From: a virus
Taxonomy: Duplodnaviria; Caudoviricetes
Strand: one strand, 5' to 3'
Length of the DNA: 30,731 nucleotides
IMG/VR virus record: IMGVR_UViG_3300025621_001499
Location: 1 to 30,731 of that record
The notes under the pieces are model-generated. The model was not told the DNA's origin, did no database searches, and saw only the letters and a list, made by a program, of their open reading frames with translations. Position 1 is the first letter of the stretch; each line of letters opens with the position of its first letter. The position numbers and the translations under genes are program-made. Of this stretch, positions 1 to 8,545 are shown one piece after another.

Positions 1-165
1 ATGGAAACTGAACCTTATGGGCCGCACCATTCCGGTTCGAACGCGCACCCGGTTTCTCCCGCAGAGAACGCCCGCATCCTGAATGGCATGATCGCCATGG
101 GATTAGGCCGATTTCGCGTGATGTCCGAGCATGAGCACTGGGAGCGCACATACCGCCATCGATGA
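1..165 (+). CDS. Small hypothetical protein (54 aa, METEPYGPHH...RTYRHR); may be truncated by the window edge
   Basis: Open frame from ATG at 1 to TGA at 163-165, which overlaps the next ATG (ATGA at 162-165). Not in the ORF track because it is short. Confidence 0.4.
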   Translation: METEPYGPHHSGSNAHPVSPAENARILNGMIAMGLGRFRVMSEHEHWERTYRHR

Positions 166-416
166 CGCTCCCGATCTCCACCTGGACTAAAAACGGCATC
201 GGCCTGGACGTCTTCTGCCGATGCGGGCGGACCGGCTACGTCGCAGCGTCCGTGGCGACTGAGAAGTTGGACACAGACATGTCGCTGAAGCTGGCCGCGC
301 ACCACCTGGTCTGTTCGGGCTGCGGGGCGAAGGGTGGAATGGCGCTAGAAGTGCGTTTCTCGATCGGCGATTACTACGCCTGGGCGCGAGACCGTGGGGC
401 GCTGATCCCCGGCTGA
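162..416 (+). CDS. Small Zn-ribbon-like hypothetical protein
   Basis: 84 aa with CRCG and CSGCG motifs; convergent with the late operon. Confidence 0.65.
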   Translation: MTLPISTWTKNGIGLDVFCRCGRTGYVAASVATEKLDTDMSLKLAAHHLVCSGCGAKGGMALEVRFSIGDYYAWARDRGALIPG

Positions 417-422
417 AACGAC

Positions 423-455
423 AAAGCCCCCCGGTGCGCGAGGCACCGAGGGGCT
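423..455 (-). terminator. Intrinsic terminator ending the late (lysis) operon
   Basis: Hairpin AGCCCC-C-CGGTGC / GCACCG-A-GGGGCT (425-455). The mismatch becomes a G-U pair on the minus strand and is followed by a short T run. Confidence 0.65.
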
Positions 456-558
456 AGGGTTCAATCACGGGAGAAGCGAAGCGGCCCATTTTGCCGGGGT
501 GCCGCCTCTGCATCCGGCTATGCCTGCGATCAGCGCGCGGCAGAGCCCATGGTTCCGA

Positions 559-1101
559 TCAGCCGTCTGGCGTCTCCCAGGCCGCCTGTTGCTGACGATA
601 CCAGTCCTGCCACCCGATCAGCTGGTCACGCCAGGCGTAGCACTGGCCGTAGTTGCCGGTGACGGTGCCCGCGACGGCAGAGATCGCAACGCCTGAGGGG
701 GCGTCATCAGGTTGCCCGGTGCCGTCGGAAAGGGCTGGCGGGGCACCGACGGCTGCGGCGTCATGCAGGCGGACAAAGCCGTAAGGCACAGGATAGGCGC
801 GATCGATCTCAGGCGTGACATAGACGGGAATCCTTTCGGTAATGGTGCGATAGACAATGCGCGTCTCGGCCCGGCGCTGATCGACCGAGGCGCTGATGTC
901 CTGGGTGATGGTGGCGGCTTCCTGAGTGCGATCGACCACGATCCGGGCAGCCCTCAGGTCGGCCTTGGCCTGTTTCGCCTCGGCCTCGGCCGCCATCCAG
1001 TCGCGCACCTTCCACGTCCCGCCGGTGCCCAGGGCGATGCCGAGGGCCAGGACCAGGACATAACCCTTCCAGCCTGCGACGGCCGACAGTAGGCGGCTCA
1101 T
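559..1101 (-). CDS. Rz-like inner-membrane spanin (i-spanin)
   Basis: Start reassigned to MSRLLSAVAG (1101). N-terminal TM segment, Ala-rich coiled coil, 'FVRLHDAAA' motif, position downstream of the endolysin. Confidence 0.85.
   Translation of the reverse strand: MSRLLSAVAGWKGYVLVLALGIALGTGGTWKVRDWMAAEAEAKQAKADLRAARIVVDRTQEAATITQDISASVDQRRAETRIVYRTITERIPVYVTPEIDRAYPVPYGFVRLHDAAAVGAPPALSDGTGQPDDAPSGVAISAVAGTVTGNYGQCYAWRDQLIGWQDWYRQQQAAWETPDG
618..821 (-). CDS. Rz1-like outer-membrane lipoprotein spanin (o-spanin), embedded in Rz
   Basis: MSRLRSIAPILCLTALSA-C is a signal peptide with an LSAC lipobox, followed by a Pro-rich mature region; lies in an alternative frame inside Rz. Confidence 0.85.
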   Translation of the reverse strand: MSRLRSIAPILCLTALSACMTPQPSVPRQPFPTAPGNLMTPPQALRSLPSRAPSPATTASATPGVTS

Positions 1102-1382
1102 ATCAGCGCCCTGCCGATAATCCAGATCAGGCCAGCAACTAGACCGATGATCAGGGCGAAGCCCGCCCCGGCGAAACCGATGCCGCCGACCATGGCTGCG
1201 CCGGGGTCGGCGTCTGTCAGTCGATTGAACAGGATCAAGAGAGCAATGGCGAGGGCGACGGTCGCCAAGATGCCCCACGCCACGCCCCAACTGAGAACGG
1301 CGAGGAACGGCAGCGTGGCGATGATTAGAAACAGGATGGCGACGACGGCATAGAAAAGGGCGTTGTGCAGGCGATCAGGCAT
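1098..1382 (-). CDS. Small multi-TM membrane protein, holin/antiholin candidate
   Basis: 94 aa with about three hydrophobic segments; stop overlaps the Rz start; inside the lysis cassette. Confidence 0.65.
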   Translation of the reverse strand: MPDRLHNALFYAVVAILFLIIATLPFLAVLSWGVAWGILATVALAIALLILFNRLTDADPGAAMVGGIGFAGAGFALIIGLVAGLIWIIGRALI

Positions 1383-1431
1383 GGCGAGGATCCGTTTGAT
1401 TGAAAGGGGCTGATGAGGTGGTGAAGAGGCC

Positions 1432-1854
1432 TCAGCCGTCTTCGCAATCAGGCACTTCGAGGAAGCGGCCGATCGCGTTGCGAGGGCCGTGGTGATGCTC
1501 GTTCGCGAAGGTGCGAGGCTGGAACTTGAAGTCGACCGGAACCCCCGATTTCTCGGTAAGCCACTTCGAGATCGCTACGGTCAGGATTAGCCACTTGGGT
1601 GTCAGCTCCCAGGCAGCACTATGGACAGGCGAACCGGGAAACTCAGCCTCGAAGGCTTCGTCGGACATGATCATCACAAGATCGACGTCCCGCCAGTCTG
1701 GCCGCTCACGCGAACTGCCGACGTGATAGATCGTATGATTACCGTAGGCACGAGTCAGGAGGTTGCAGGCCAGCGCCAGTTCGAAGATGGCGGGGACCCC
1801 GACATAGCTAGTCTTCACGCGCTTGGCCGACGCGGCTTCTACTTCCTCGGTCAT
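1432..1854 (-). CDS. Minimal nucleotidyltransferase (Pol-beta superfamily)-like protein
   Basis: YHVGSS-x7-DVDL motif (GS...DxD) plus a downstream PVDF aspartate; start overlaps the endolysin stop (ATGA). Confidence 0.7.
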   Translation of the reverse strand: MTEEVEAASAKRVKTSYVGVPAIFELALACNLLTRAYGNHTIYHVGSSRERPDWRDVDLVMIMSDEAFEAEFPGSPVHSAAWELTPKWLILTVAISKWLTEKSGVPVDFKFQPRTFANEHHHGPRNAIGRFLEVPDCEDG

Positions 1855-2330
1855 CGGACCAGCTCGAAATGCGGGCCGTCAGTCTCGCCCTTCTCACCGA
1901 TGATGCCGTCCTCATCCCAATCACGGCCCCAGCGAACGCGCACGTTTTCCAGCTTCGAGGCCTGCTGTACGGCGTCGTTCATCAGCTTCCAGCCGGGACC
2001 TTCTTTCCAGTCGTAAGGCGCGATCAGGCAGTCCACGGCCTCCGCAAAGCCACTCTTCTGGATCGCGTGCTTGGAGCCGAACGGATTGGCCAGCCACGTC
2101 ACCTTGCCGGATGAGGGGTTGGCATATTTGGCGGGAATACCCTTGGCCGCCAGCTGGGCGACCGTGCGGCCCTTGCCATAGTTGATCATCATCTGTTCGC
2201 GGGAACGGACGCCCTCGATCACCATGAAGTCCACTTTGGATATGGTGATCGCCCGCTTGATGACGCGCACCAAATCCGGATGAACGCCGCTTAGCCGCGC
2301 AAGCGACTTCGCACCCAGGATATAGGCCAT
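1851..2330 (-). CDS. Endolysin, M15 family peptidase
   Basis: LSGVHPDLV, EGVRS, S-K-H...AVD and DGPHFEL motifs; GGAGAGAG RBS. Confidence 0.92.
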   Translation of the reverse strand: MAYILGAKSLARLSGVHPDLVRVIKRAITISKVDFMVIEGVRSREQMMINYGKGRTVAQLAAKGIPAKYANPSSGKVTWLANPFGSKHAIQKSGFAEAVDCLIAPYDWKEGPGWKLMNDAVQQASKLENVRVRWGRDWDEDGIIGEKGETDGPHFELVR

Positions 2331-2378
2331 GGTCTCTCTCCAATGTCAGGAAGCGGCGCGGGGTGCGCCGATACGTGG

Positions 2379-3884
2379 CTAGTCGATGAAAATCGCGTAG
2401 GCGCGGGGCGCGCGCACGGGCCCTGCCGATGAGGCGTAGAGGGCGAAGGTCAGTCGCCCCTGGACCGTTGATGTCGCTGCGGTGAACGACGTGGTCCCCG
2501 TTGCGCCAGCCGTGACCTTCTCGCCGGTCGTCAGGCCAAGGCCGCCGCCGTTGCCCTGCGTGGTGGCGTCGTCCGAGCGCTCCGTCAGGTTGGACAGTGC
2601 GGCATTCGTCCAGTTGCTGAACCGGGCCGTGCCGACGTCAGTGGCAACGGACGCACACAGGACGATCAGGGCATCGTCAGCGGTCGTCGTGATCGACGGC
2701 ATCGTGCCAGACGTGCTGGCGCTCGACGTATTGCCCGCGCTTTCCCCGACCGTTGACGCCTCGAAGCGGTGGATGCGGGCGATGCAGTGGTCGCCCGGGT
2801 CGGTGATCGTCGGAGCCGCGTCGCCCGACTGATAGACCCGCGTGAAGACGGCGAGGCGGGTTGCTGCCGTCCCTGCTGCTGTGCCGGTGCCTTGGGGGCT
2901 TCCGGTGACTTCGGTCCAGCCAGAGGGGGCCGCTATGGCTTGGTTGGCGCTTTCAGCGATCAACACCATGCGTTCGCCAACAGTCATGCTGGCGGGGAGG
3001 GCTGGCGTGACGTTGCCGGTCCCGCTGGCGATGGTGCCGACGCCCAGCCACTTCGGTCCTACATAGCCGCGCGTGACCGTGACGGACAGGGTGGTGTCGT
3101 TCGGCGTATTGGTCGCGCCGGTCAGCGTCTCGCGCACAGCGATCGAATACGGAGAGGACAGGTATGAGAGCGTCCCGGCCTTGGTGATCTCGCCAGTCGC
3201 GCTGTCGATGGCGAACGCGCCGCCTGCGTCGTCTGTCAGGGTCAGGGTCGATGACGCAGTGCGCCCTGCCACAGTCCCGGCTACAGTGCCGTTCGCAGCG
3301 GTGTCGGCAATCGTAGCTGACAGGGTCAGGTCGGATAGGGTCGGAGGTCCGCCCGCCTCATAGGTGATTGAGAGTTGGGCACAGTCGGTGGACGACGCGT
3401 TACGGTCTATCCATTCCATGTGCCCATTTGCGCCGGTCGCGTCCGTGGCGAAGGCAAGATCGTTTCCAGCAACCCACCCGGCACTACTGATGCGAGGCTG
3501 CACAAGCGCGGTTATGTCATATACGACCGTCTCGCTGTTGATGATTGTTACGGATTGAGGACTCTTTACCGCCACCTGGGGGTTGGTCGAAGTCCATACT
3601 GGGGCGTCGTCTATAACAACGCTATGAAGTGTTCCCCATGCGGTTCCGCTAAATGTTGTTCCAAGCGTAGGAGAGACGGTTTTCTGTTTAACCGTCAGGG
3701 TCGCGGTTACCGTGGCTCCTTGAGGCACGTCTACGCCATTGAAGCGCAGGCCAGCGTAAAGGGGGCCGATGCCAAAGGCAGAGCCGTCTCCCAGAATGAT
3801 AGCGGTTATGTCGAAGCCACCCAGGCCAGAGCCACCCGATGTGTCGTCTTCGGTTGCGCTTATGCCGTAGGCAACGGTCGGCAT
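2379..3884 (-). CDS. Modular tail fibre/adhesin: DNRLRE/CBM96-like N-domain, cadherin-like domain, C-terminal beta-rich domain
   Basis: 'YAGLRF..VPQGATV...YDITALVQ...QLSITY' N-domain; 'TAANGTVAGTV...DDAGGAFAIDSATGEIT' cadherin-like segment; Thr/Ala/Gly-rich. Confidence 0.75.
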   Translation of the reverse strand: MPTVAYGISATEDDTSGGSGLGGFDITAIILGDGSAFGIGPLYAGLRFNGVDVPQGATVTATLTVKQKTVSPTLGTTFSGTAWGTLHSVVIDDAPVWTSTNPQVAVKSPQSVTIINSETVVYDITALVQPRISSAGWVAGNDLAFATDATGANGHMEWIDRNASSTDCAQLSITYEAGGPPTLSDLTLSATIADTAANGTVAGTVAGRTASSTLTLTDDAGGAFAIDSATGEITKAGTLSYLSSPYSIAVRETLTGATNTPNDTTLSVTVTRGYVGPKWLGVGTIASGTGNVTPALPASMTVGERMVLIAESANQAIAAPSGWTEVTGSPQGTGTAAGTAATRLAVFTRVYQSGDAAPTITDPGDHCIARIHRFEASTVGESAGNTSSASTSGTMPSITTTADDALIVLCASVATDVGTARFSNWTNAALSNLTERSDDATTQGNGGGLGLTTGEKVTAGATGTTSFTAATSTVQGRLTFALYASSAGPVRAPRAYAIFID

Positions 3885-3885
3885 A

Positions 3886-4398
3886 TCAGACCTTCCGGAC
3901 CTTCAGCACCAGCGTGGCGATCAGCAATGCCGTGACGCTGTCCACCACCACCTCGATCACGTCCCCGGCGGCAACGGCCGTCGTCCAGCCGGTCAGGGTG
4001 GTGCTGGTCGCCTTCCGGGCGCTGGAGAGCGTCGGCTTGGCGCTGGCCGTGATGGTCGCGGTCGTCGGATAGCTGGAATAGGTCGCCTTCTTCAGGTCGA
4101 TGACGATGGACCCGGTCTGATCTCCGAACAGATCATAGCCCACGATGGTGCAGGCGAAGGGGACCGAGAAGGCGAACTTGGTCCCGGTCGTGATCGCCAC
4201 CCCGCCGCCGTCGACGACCAAGGGGATGGCGCTGTCGGTCTGCTTTTCGGCCACAGCATAGGTTGTGGTGCTGGTGCCGACGGCCAGCCGATTCTCCGCT
4301 GTGATCAGATAGACCTGACCCAGCTGGATCGTGCCGGCCGAGCCCCGAGCATCCAGCTGGGCCCGCGTGATCCTGAGGTGCTTGACGACGGCGGGCAC
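3886..4398 (-). CDS. Virion fibre-associated protein
   Basis: 170 aa, Thr-rich beta composition, 'GQVYLIT...RLAVG' fibre-type N-terminus; tightly packed in the tail cluster. Confidence 0.7.
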   Translation of the reverse strand: MPAVVKHLRITRAQLDARGSAGTIQLGQVYLITAENRLAVGTSTTTYAVAEKQTDSAIPLVVDGGGVAITTGTKFAFSVPFACTIVGYDLFGDQTGSIVIDLKKATYSSYPTTATITASAKPTLSSARKATSTTLTGWTTAVAAGDVIEVVVDSVTALLIATLVLKVRKV

Positions 4399-4401
4399 GG
4401 A

Positions 4402-5202
4402 TCAGGCCGTGCCAGCGTCTAGGATCACATTGGTGATCTCGACCCCGTCCAGAGTGCCGCCCGTGATCGCCACATCGTCGGCGTCCTGTGTGGACATGGT
4501 GCCGAACGCGGGCTTGTTGGCGATGGCAGTCCATTCCGGCGTGACGTCTGCCAGGACGGTGTAGGAGGCCTCCGAGGTCTTGGAGCCCGTGCCGGTATAC
4601 ACCCAGCGCCGCCCGTCCGTCGTGGTGACGACGGTGCCTTGGCCGATGGTGGCCTGTTGGGGAGAGGTCAGGTCTGCGATGCCGCCGGTCGATACGACCT
4701 GCACCTGCGAGGGCAAGACGGGAATGCGGGCGACATCCAAGACGCCGGTCGTGATCTTGTTGGCGTCCAGGTCAGGGATGCGAGCGACATTCAGCACCCC
4801 GGCATTGATGTCGCTGGCGTTGTGGGTGTGCGAGGCGGCGGCGAAGTTGCTGCTGACCCACGTCCGTTCGGCCACCACGGTGAAGTTGACCGAGAACTCG
4901 GCACCCGTCAGCGAGAGGCCCGTCCCGGCCGTATAGCTGGCCCCGCCCTCGGGCGGATCGGTCCAGACCGGAGCGCCGCCGCTGAAGCTCAGCACCTTGC
5001 CGTTCGTGCCTTCGGGCAGGTTGTAGCGGAAGTTGTCGCTGGCGAAGGCGAGGGCAGAGGTCGCGGTGCCGGAGCCATTGTCCCCGAAGCCGCCGTACCA
5101 AATGCCGTCGGTCATGTTGTAGAAGATCTCGCCCGACAGCAGCGAGGCGGGTGGACCCGCCGTCTGGCCAGCGGCGCGGCGTAGATTGCGAAAACGGCTC
5201 AT
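4402..5202 (-). CDS. Tail fibre protein with internal repeats
   Basis: 'LLSGEIFYNMTDG' N-terminus; tandem repeat HNASDINAGVLNVARIP / LDANKITTGVLDVARIP; 'WTAIANKP'; ends ILDAGTA. Confidence 0.8.
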   Translation of the reverse strand: MSRFRNLRRAAGQTAGPPASLLSGEIFYNMTDGIWYGGFGDNGSGTATSALAFASDNFRYNLPEGTNGKVLSFSGGAPVWTDPPEGGASYTAGTGLSLTGAEFSVNFTVVAERTWVSSNFAAASHTHNASDINAGVLNVARIPDLDANKITTGVLDVARIPVLPSQVQVVSTGGIADLTSPQQATIGQGTVVTTTDGRRWVYTGTGSKTSEASYTVLADVTPEWTAIANKPAFGTMSTQDADDVAITGGTLDGVEITNVILDAGTA

Positions 5203-5408
5203 GCGAAGCCTCCGTCAAGGATGGGGGGAATGGATGCGGCACCGTCCTGACCGGGCGGGCCCGGCGGACCAGGCTGACCAATCACGGTCGGCACCGTAGG
5301 CAGGGGAGCATCCGGCAGGATGGGATCCAGGTCTCCGTCCGGAGCCTCCCATTGGAGGACCAGAATCGGCACCGCCGGCATCCACTGCAGCACGATGGCG
5401 TCAGTCAT
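5199..5408 (-). CDS. Small protein with a short collagen-like tract
   Basis: GQPGPPGPPGQDG; ends ILDGGFA; overlaps both neighbours. Start at 5408 or 5426 is uncertain. Confidence 0.7.
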   Translation of the reverse strand: MTDAIVLQWMPAVPILVLQWEAPDGDLDPILPDAPLPTVPTVIGQPGPPGPPGQDGAASIPPILDGGFA

Positions 5409-5763
5409 CCTCGGTGACCCGTTCATCGACAGTCACAGCCTCGGTCGCGGTGTAGACGACGTCCCCGCCCAGTGCGGCCCGGCCGTCCATGACGTAGGCA
5501 CCCGGCACTAGGCTCAATGTCTGAGACGGAGTCAGCTCGCACAGGAATCCGGGCGGCGATGTGAGGTCCAGCGGATCCCGATGGGCGACAAAGGTCACTC
5601 CGAAGGTGACGGACGGCGGCACCTGGTCACCCGGCGACGCAGCGTTGACGGCCGGTTTAAGCGCGGCGGTCACGATAACGTCCGTAGGGTCACCCGATCG
5701 GACTGCCAGGAAACGCCGATACGACGCCCCGCGCTTGAACCTGTTCTGCAGGGCCTGGCTCAC
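5401..5763 (-). CDS. BppU-like fibre adaptor protein
   Basis: GTG start overlapping the upstream stop; 'FKRGASYRR...LTPSQTLSLVPGAYVMD...VTVDERVT' pattern. Confidence 0.65.
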   Translation of the reverse strand: MSQALQNRFKRGASYRRFLAVRSGDPTDVIVTAALKPAVNAASPGDQVPPSVTFGVTFVAHRDPLDLTSPPGFLCELTPSQTLSLVPGAYVMDGRAALGGDVVYTATEAVTVDERVTEDD

Positions 5764-6104
5764 TGACGCGCCTCCACTGAAAAGGAATTCGATCCCGCGC
5801 TGGCGCTTATCCGCCCGATCCACGGGGTGGCGAAGGCGATGACGACGACGGGAATGCAGCCGATCGACAACAGGCCCATCCAGCCCAAAAAATGGATCCG
5901 CAGAGGCGCGGCCGAGGCGGGCCAATCCTCCCACCAGGCCAGCACGCCTATGACCCAGCCCCCGAACACGCAAGCCGTTAAAAGGGCACCGCTGAGGGCC
6001 CAGACGGCACCCGACGCGGGCCGCGTGACATTGGCATTGTCCGGCGACCCTACTCCGGTCACGGCAGCGGCAGCGGTTTCCAAGGTGGCATTGGCTTCGC
6101 TCAT
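5760..6104 (-). CDS. Two-TM membrane protein (lysis/holin-associated candidate)
   Basis: Two hydrophobic segments; 4-nt overlaps with both neighbours. Confidence 0.65.
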   Translation of the reverse strand: MSEANATLETAAAAVTGVGSPDNANVTRPASGAVWALSGALLTACVFGGWVIGVLAWWEDWPASAAPLRIHFLGWMGLLSIGCIPVVVIAFATPWIGRISASAGSNSFSVEARQ

Positions 6105-6622
6105 GGCGCATCCGTGAAGGCTTCAGGGCCCTCGTTTGGGCCGGCGACGCGAACCCCGCGAAGAGCGAGGTCTGCAAGGGCGGGCTGGGCCAGGTGGCCT
6201 TTTCCCTGAGGCGATAGTCCAGCCGACAGGTTCGAGGATTGCCGGGCCGACATCAGGCCGCGTGACGGGCTGCAGCGCGCGATCTTGTAGAGGCGCTGGA
6301 TGTTGCGCTGCGTTCTGGCAGGCAGCCAGTTGCGGCAGTGGTCGACCAGGAAGGCCAGGAACAGGCCACAAAGCGCAAAGGACGACAGCGCCTGAAAGGG
6401 CGTCGAAAGGACCGGGTCAGGACCAGACAGACTGGTCAGCATCTCGGTCCCGCGACCACCCAGAACGACGACCAGCACGAACATCATCGCGCGCTTCACG
6501 CGACCTGACGTTGGATAGTTGGGTCGATCCGGGGCCGAGAGTATCTGCCATAGCCCCAAGGCCATCGCGCTGATCAGGATCGCTACGGCTGAAAGGGTCG
6601 TCACGAGGGTGGCGCTGATCAT
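6101..6622 (-). CDS. Three-TM membrane protein with basic cytoplasmic tail
   Basis: Three hydrophobic segments; ATGA coupling. Confidence 0.65.
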   Translation of the reverse strand: MISATLVTTLSAVAILISAMALGLWQILSAPDRPNYPTSGRVKRAMMFVLVVVLGGRGTEMLTSLSGPDPVLSTPFQALSSFALCGLFLAFLVDHCRNWLPARTQRNIQRLYKIARCSPSRGLMSARQSSNLSAGLSPQGKGHLAQPALADLALRGVRVAGPNEGPEAFTDAP

Positions 6623-6975
6623 TTGGACGCTCCTGAGGTGAGGCGATCGGCCAGGCCCCGCGCCAGATCAGCGATCAGCTGACGCAGGAAGCCCCGCTCG
6701 ATGAGCAGCGGCCAGATCGCATTGAAGGACAGACCCAGCATGAGGCCCGTCGCGGGCAGGGTGGCCGCGGGGAAAGCGTCCAGGACGATGGGCGTGAAGG
6801 CGTGCGCGGCAAAAGGGGCCAGGATCATGGACAGGACAAACTGTGCCCAGGCGAGGCGCTGGGCCTGGACGGGGATCTCCTCGCCGCCCCAGAGCGCTGT
6901 GGCCAGCCGCGTCCCGGCATAACCAACCCCGCCGATGAAGCCCCAGAGGGCCGCGACACCGCTGATGTTCGGCAT
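6619..6975 (-). CDS. Holin-like membrane protein
   Basis: 118 aa, about three TM segments, charged C-terminus; GGAGGG RBS. Confidence 0.65.
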   Translation of the reverse strand: MPNISGVAALWGFIGGVGYAGTRLATALWGGEEIPVQAQRLAWAQFVLSMILAPFAAHAFTPIVLDAFPAATLPATGLMLGLSFNAIWPLLIERGFLRQLIADLARGLADRLTSGASK

Positions 6976-7016
6976 GACGCCCCTCCAGAACTGACGCTAC
7001 ACGGGCGCAAAGGCGG

Positions 7017-7274
7017 TCAAACGAGAGCGGCCAGGGCCTCCAGACCCTGTGCTTCTCCCGCGAAACGCAGGGCGATCGTCTCTACGGGGGCAGCGGGGTC
7101 GTCCCCGGCCCAGACCTGTCGTAGGGTCTCCGGGCTGATCACCCGGGCGGCCAGATCGGGATTGCGGACCAGAACGTCCGGCGTGACATTGACGTGCCAG
7201 CCATAGCGGCGGACCGGTGCCGCACCGTCTTCTGCTGGCGGATCATAGATCGCACCGATGATGTCGACACTCAT
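7017..7274 (-). CDS. Small phage protein following the fibre gene (possible fibre chaperone)
   Basis: 'DIIGAIY...GWHVNV...P...RQVWAG' pattern; 2 nt after the fibre gene stop. Confidence 0.7.
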   Translation of the reverse strand: MSVDIIGAIYDPPAEDGAAPVRRYGWHVNVTPDVLVRNPDLAARVISPETLRQVWAGDDPAAPVETIALRFAGEAQGLEALAALV

Positions 7275-7276
7275 GG

Positions 7277-8545
7277 TCAGGCCGTCATAGCTATGCGCTG
7301 AGCCAGCGTCGGCAGGCGCGTCGCGATCAGGAGGCGTCGGACCGATCCACTGAGCTTGTCGGTCGAGACAAAGTCAGAGCCGGGCCGGACAATGGACAGG
7401 TTCAGCGGCAGAGGCAGGGGTGAAGCGGTACGCTCCACACCATCGACGGCCCAGACCATCTGCCCTGCGCCCCAGCCAAAGAATGCCTTCAGCCGCCGGG
7501 CTCCGCCGAAGCCCGCGACGCTGGCCTGTACGATACCGTCCGGCTTATAGAGGATCAGCAGCAGCATGTTGGCGGCCGTGCGGACCAGCATCAGATGCCG
7601 GTCGGACCCGTTCGACCAGCTTGCCAGGGCCTGCGATCCGGACGGGGGCGCGTGGGCGGGCAGATTGACGTCGACGAACACGCCGCCTTCTGACGCGGCA
7701 ACCACGAAAGATGCGTCGTCCTTGGCCCGGGTAGCAGCTGCCGTCGTGGTTGGAACATATGATGAGGCGTAGCTCCGTCCCTCGACCTGAACACCCCAGA
7801 TATCGGCATCAATGGTCGCGCTGGCACCCGGCACGAGGTTGTTGTTCGTCAACTGGAAGACTTCGGACGTCCCGCCGTTGAAGGTCCAGGAGAACCGCTG
7901 CCATGTGCTGGTGAGCACCCGGGTGACCGGGGACACGGCCGTTGCGCCCGACCGGACGCCGATGGTGCCGGTTCCGCGCGCCCAGAAGGAGAAGGTGACG
8001 GGTGCCCCCGCCGTGAGCCCGCCGGACGTCGTCTTCGAAACATAGGCCGCTGCGGCTCCGAGCTGCAGGCGATCGGCGGTCAGGGTTCCGTCGGGGGCGT
8101 AGGCGCTGTTGGCAGTCACGGCGACCGCACCGATCTTCGACCAGCTTGCGTCGTCCAGCTGCTGGGAAAACGGCAAGATGTTTGTGGTGGCCGTCTCGAC
8201 CGTAAGGCCCACGTCCGTGATCCGGGGCGCTCCGGTCGCAAAGGAGACAACGCCGTCTGCTGCGGTCGGGGCGGTTCCAGCCCCGGTACGCGTGAAGGTC
8301 CACCCCTGCAGCGCGAGTATCGATGTGCTCAGAACATGACCCCGGCGATATATGCCCTGGGCAAAGTCCGCCTCGACACTGGCGTCGATGAAGGCCGTAG
8401 CCAGGAGTGGATCCGAAATCCCGTAACCGGCGGCGCGTGCGCGAGCGGCCTCGATGGCCGTGAGAATGTCCCGGAGGGTCTCGGGACCCACCCCCACTTC
8501 TATCTCGACCGGCCGGCTGTCGACCTCGACGATGACGTCAGGCAT
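7277..8545 (-). CDS. Spike/fibre protein (phage head-spike-fibre-like domain with a carbohydrate-binding-like insert)
   Basis: 'FTRTGAGT...PRI...GLTVETATTN' and 'QVEG...ASSYVPTTTAAATRA' motifs. Confidence 0.8.
   Translation of the reverse strand: MPDVIVEVDSRPVEIEVGVGPETLRDILTAIEAARARAAGYGISDPLLATAFIDASVEADFAQGIYRRGHVLSTSILALQGWTFTRTGAGTAPTAADGVVSFATGAPRITDVGLTVETATTNILPFSQQLDDASWSKIGAVAVTANSAYAPDGTLTADRLQLGAAAAYVSKTTSGGLTAGAPVTFSFWARGTGTIGVRSGATAVSPVTRVLTSTWQRFSWTFNGGTSEVFQLTNNNLVPGASATIDADIWGVQVEGRSYASSYVPTTTAAATRAKDDASFVVAASEGGVFVDVNLPAHAPPSGSQALASWSNGSDRHLMLVRTAANMLLLILYKPDGIVQASVAGFGGARRLKAFFGWGAGQMVWAVDGVERTASPLPLPLNLSIVRPGSDFVSTDKLSGSVRRLLIATRLPTLAQRIAMTA

Noticed and set aside
456-558. 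Possible structured ncRNA after the spanin stop (CTCTGC/GCAGAG pairing)
   Set aside because: Only short stems in GC-rich DNA, with no recognisable family.
2379-8545. Diversity-generating retroelement or invertible fibre cassette
   Set aside because: No reverse transcriptase, template/variable repeat pair, invertase or flanking inverted repeats were seen.
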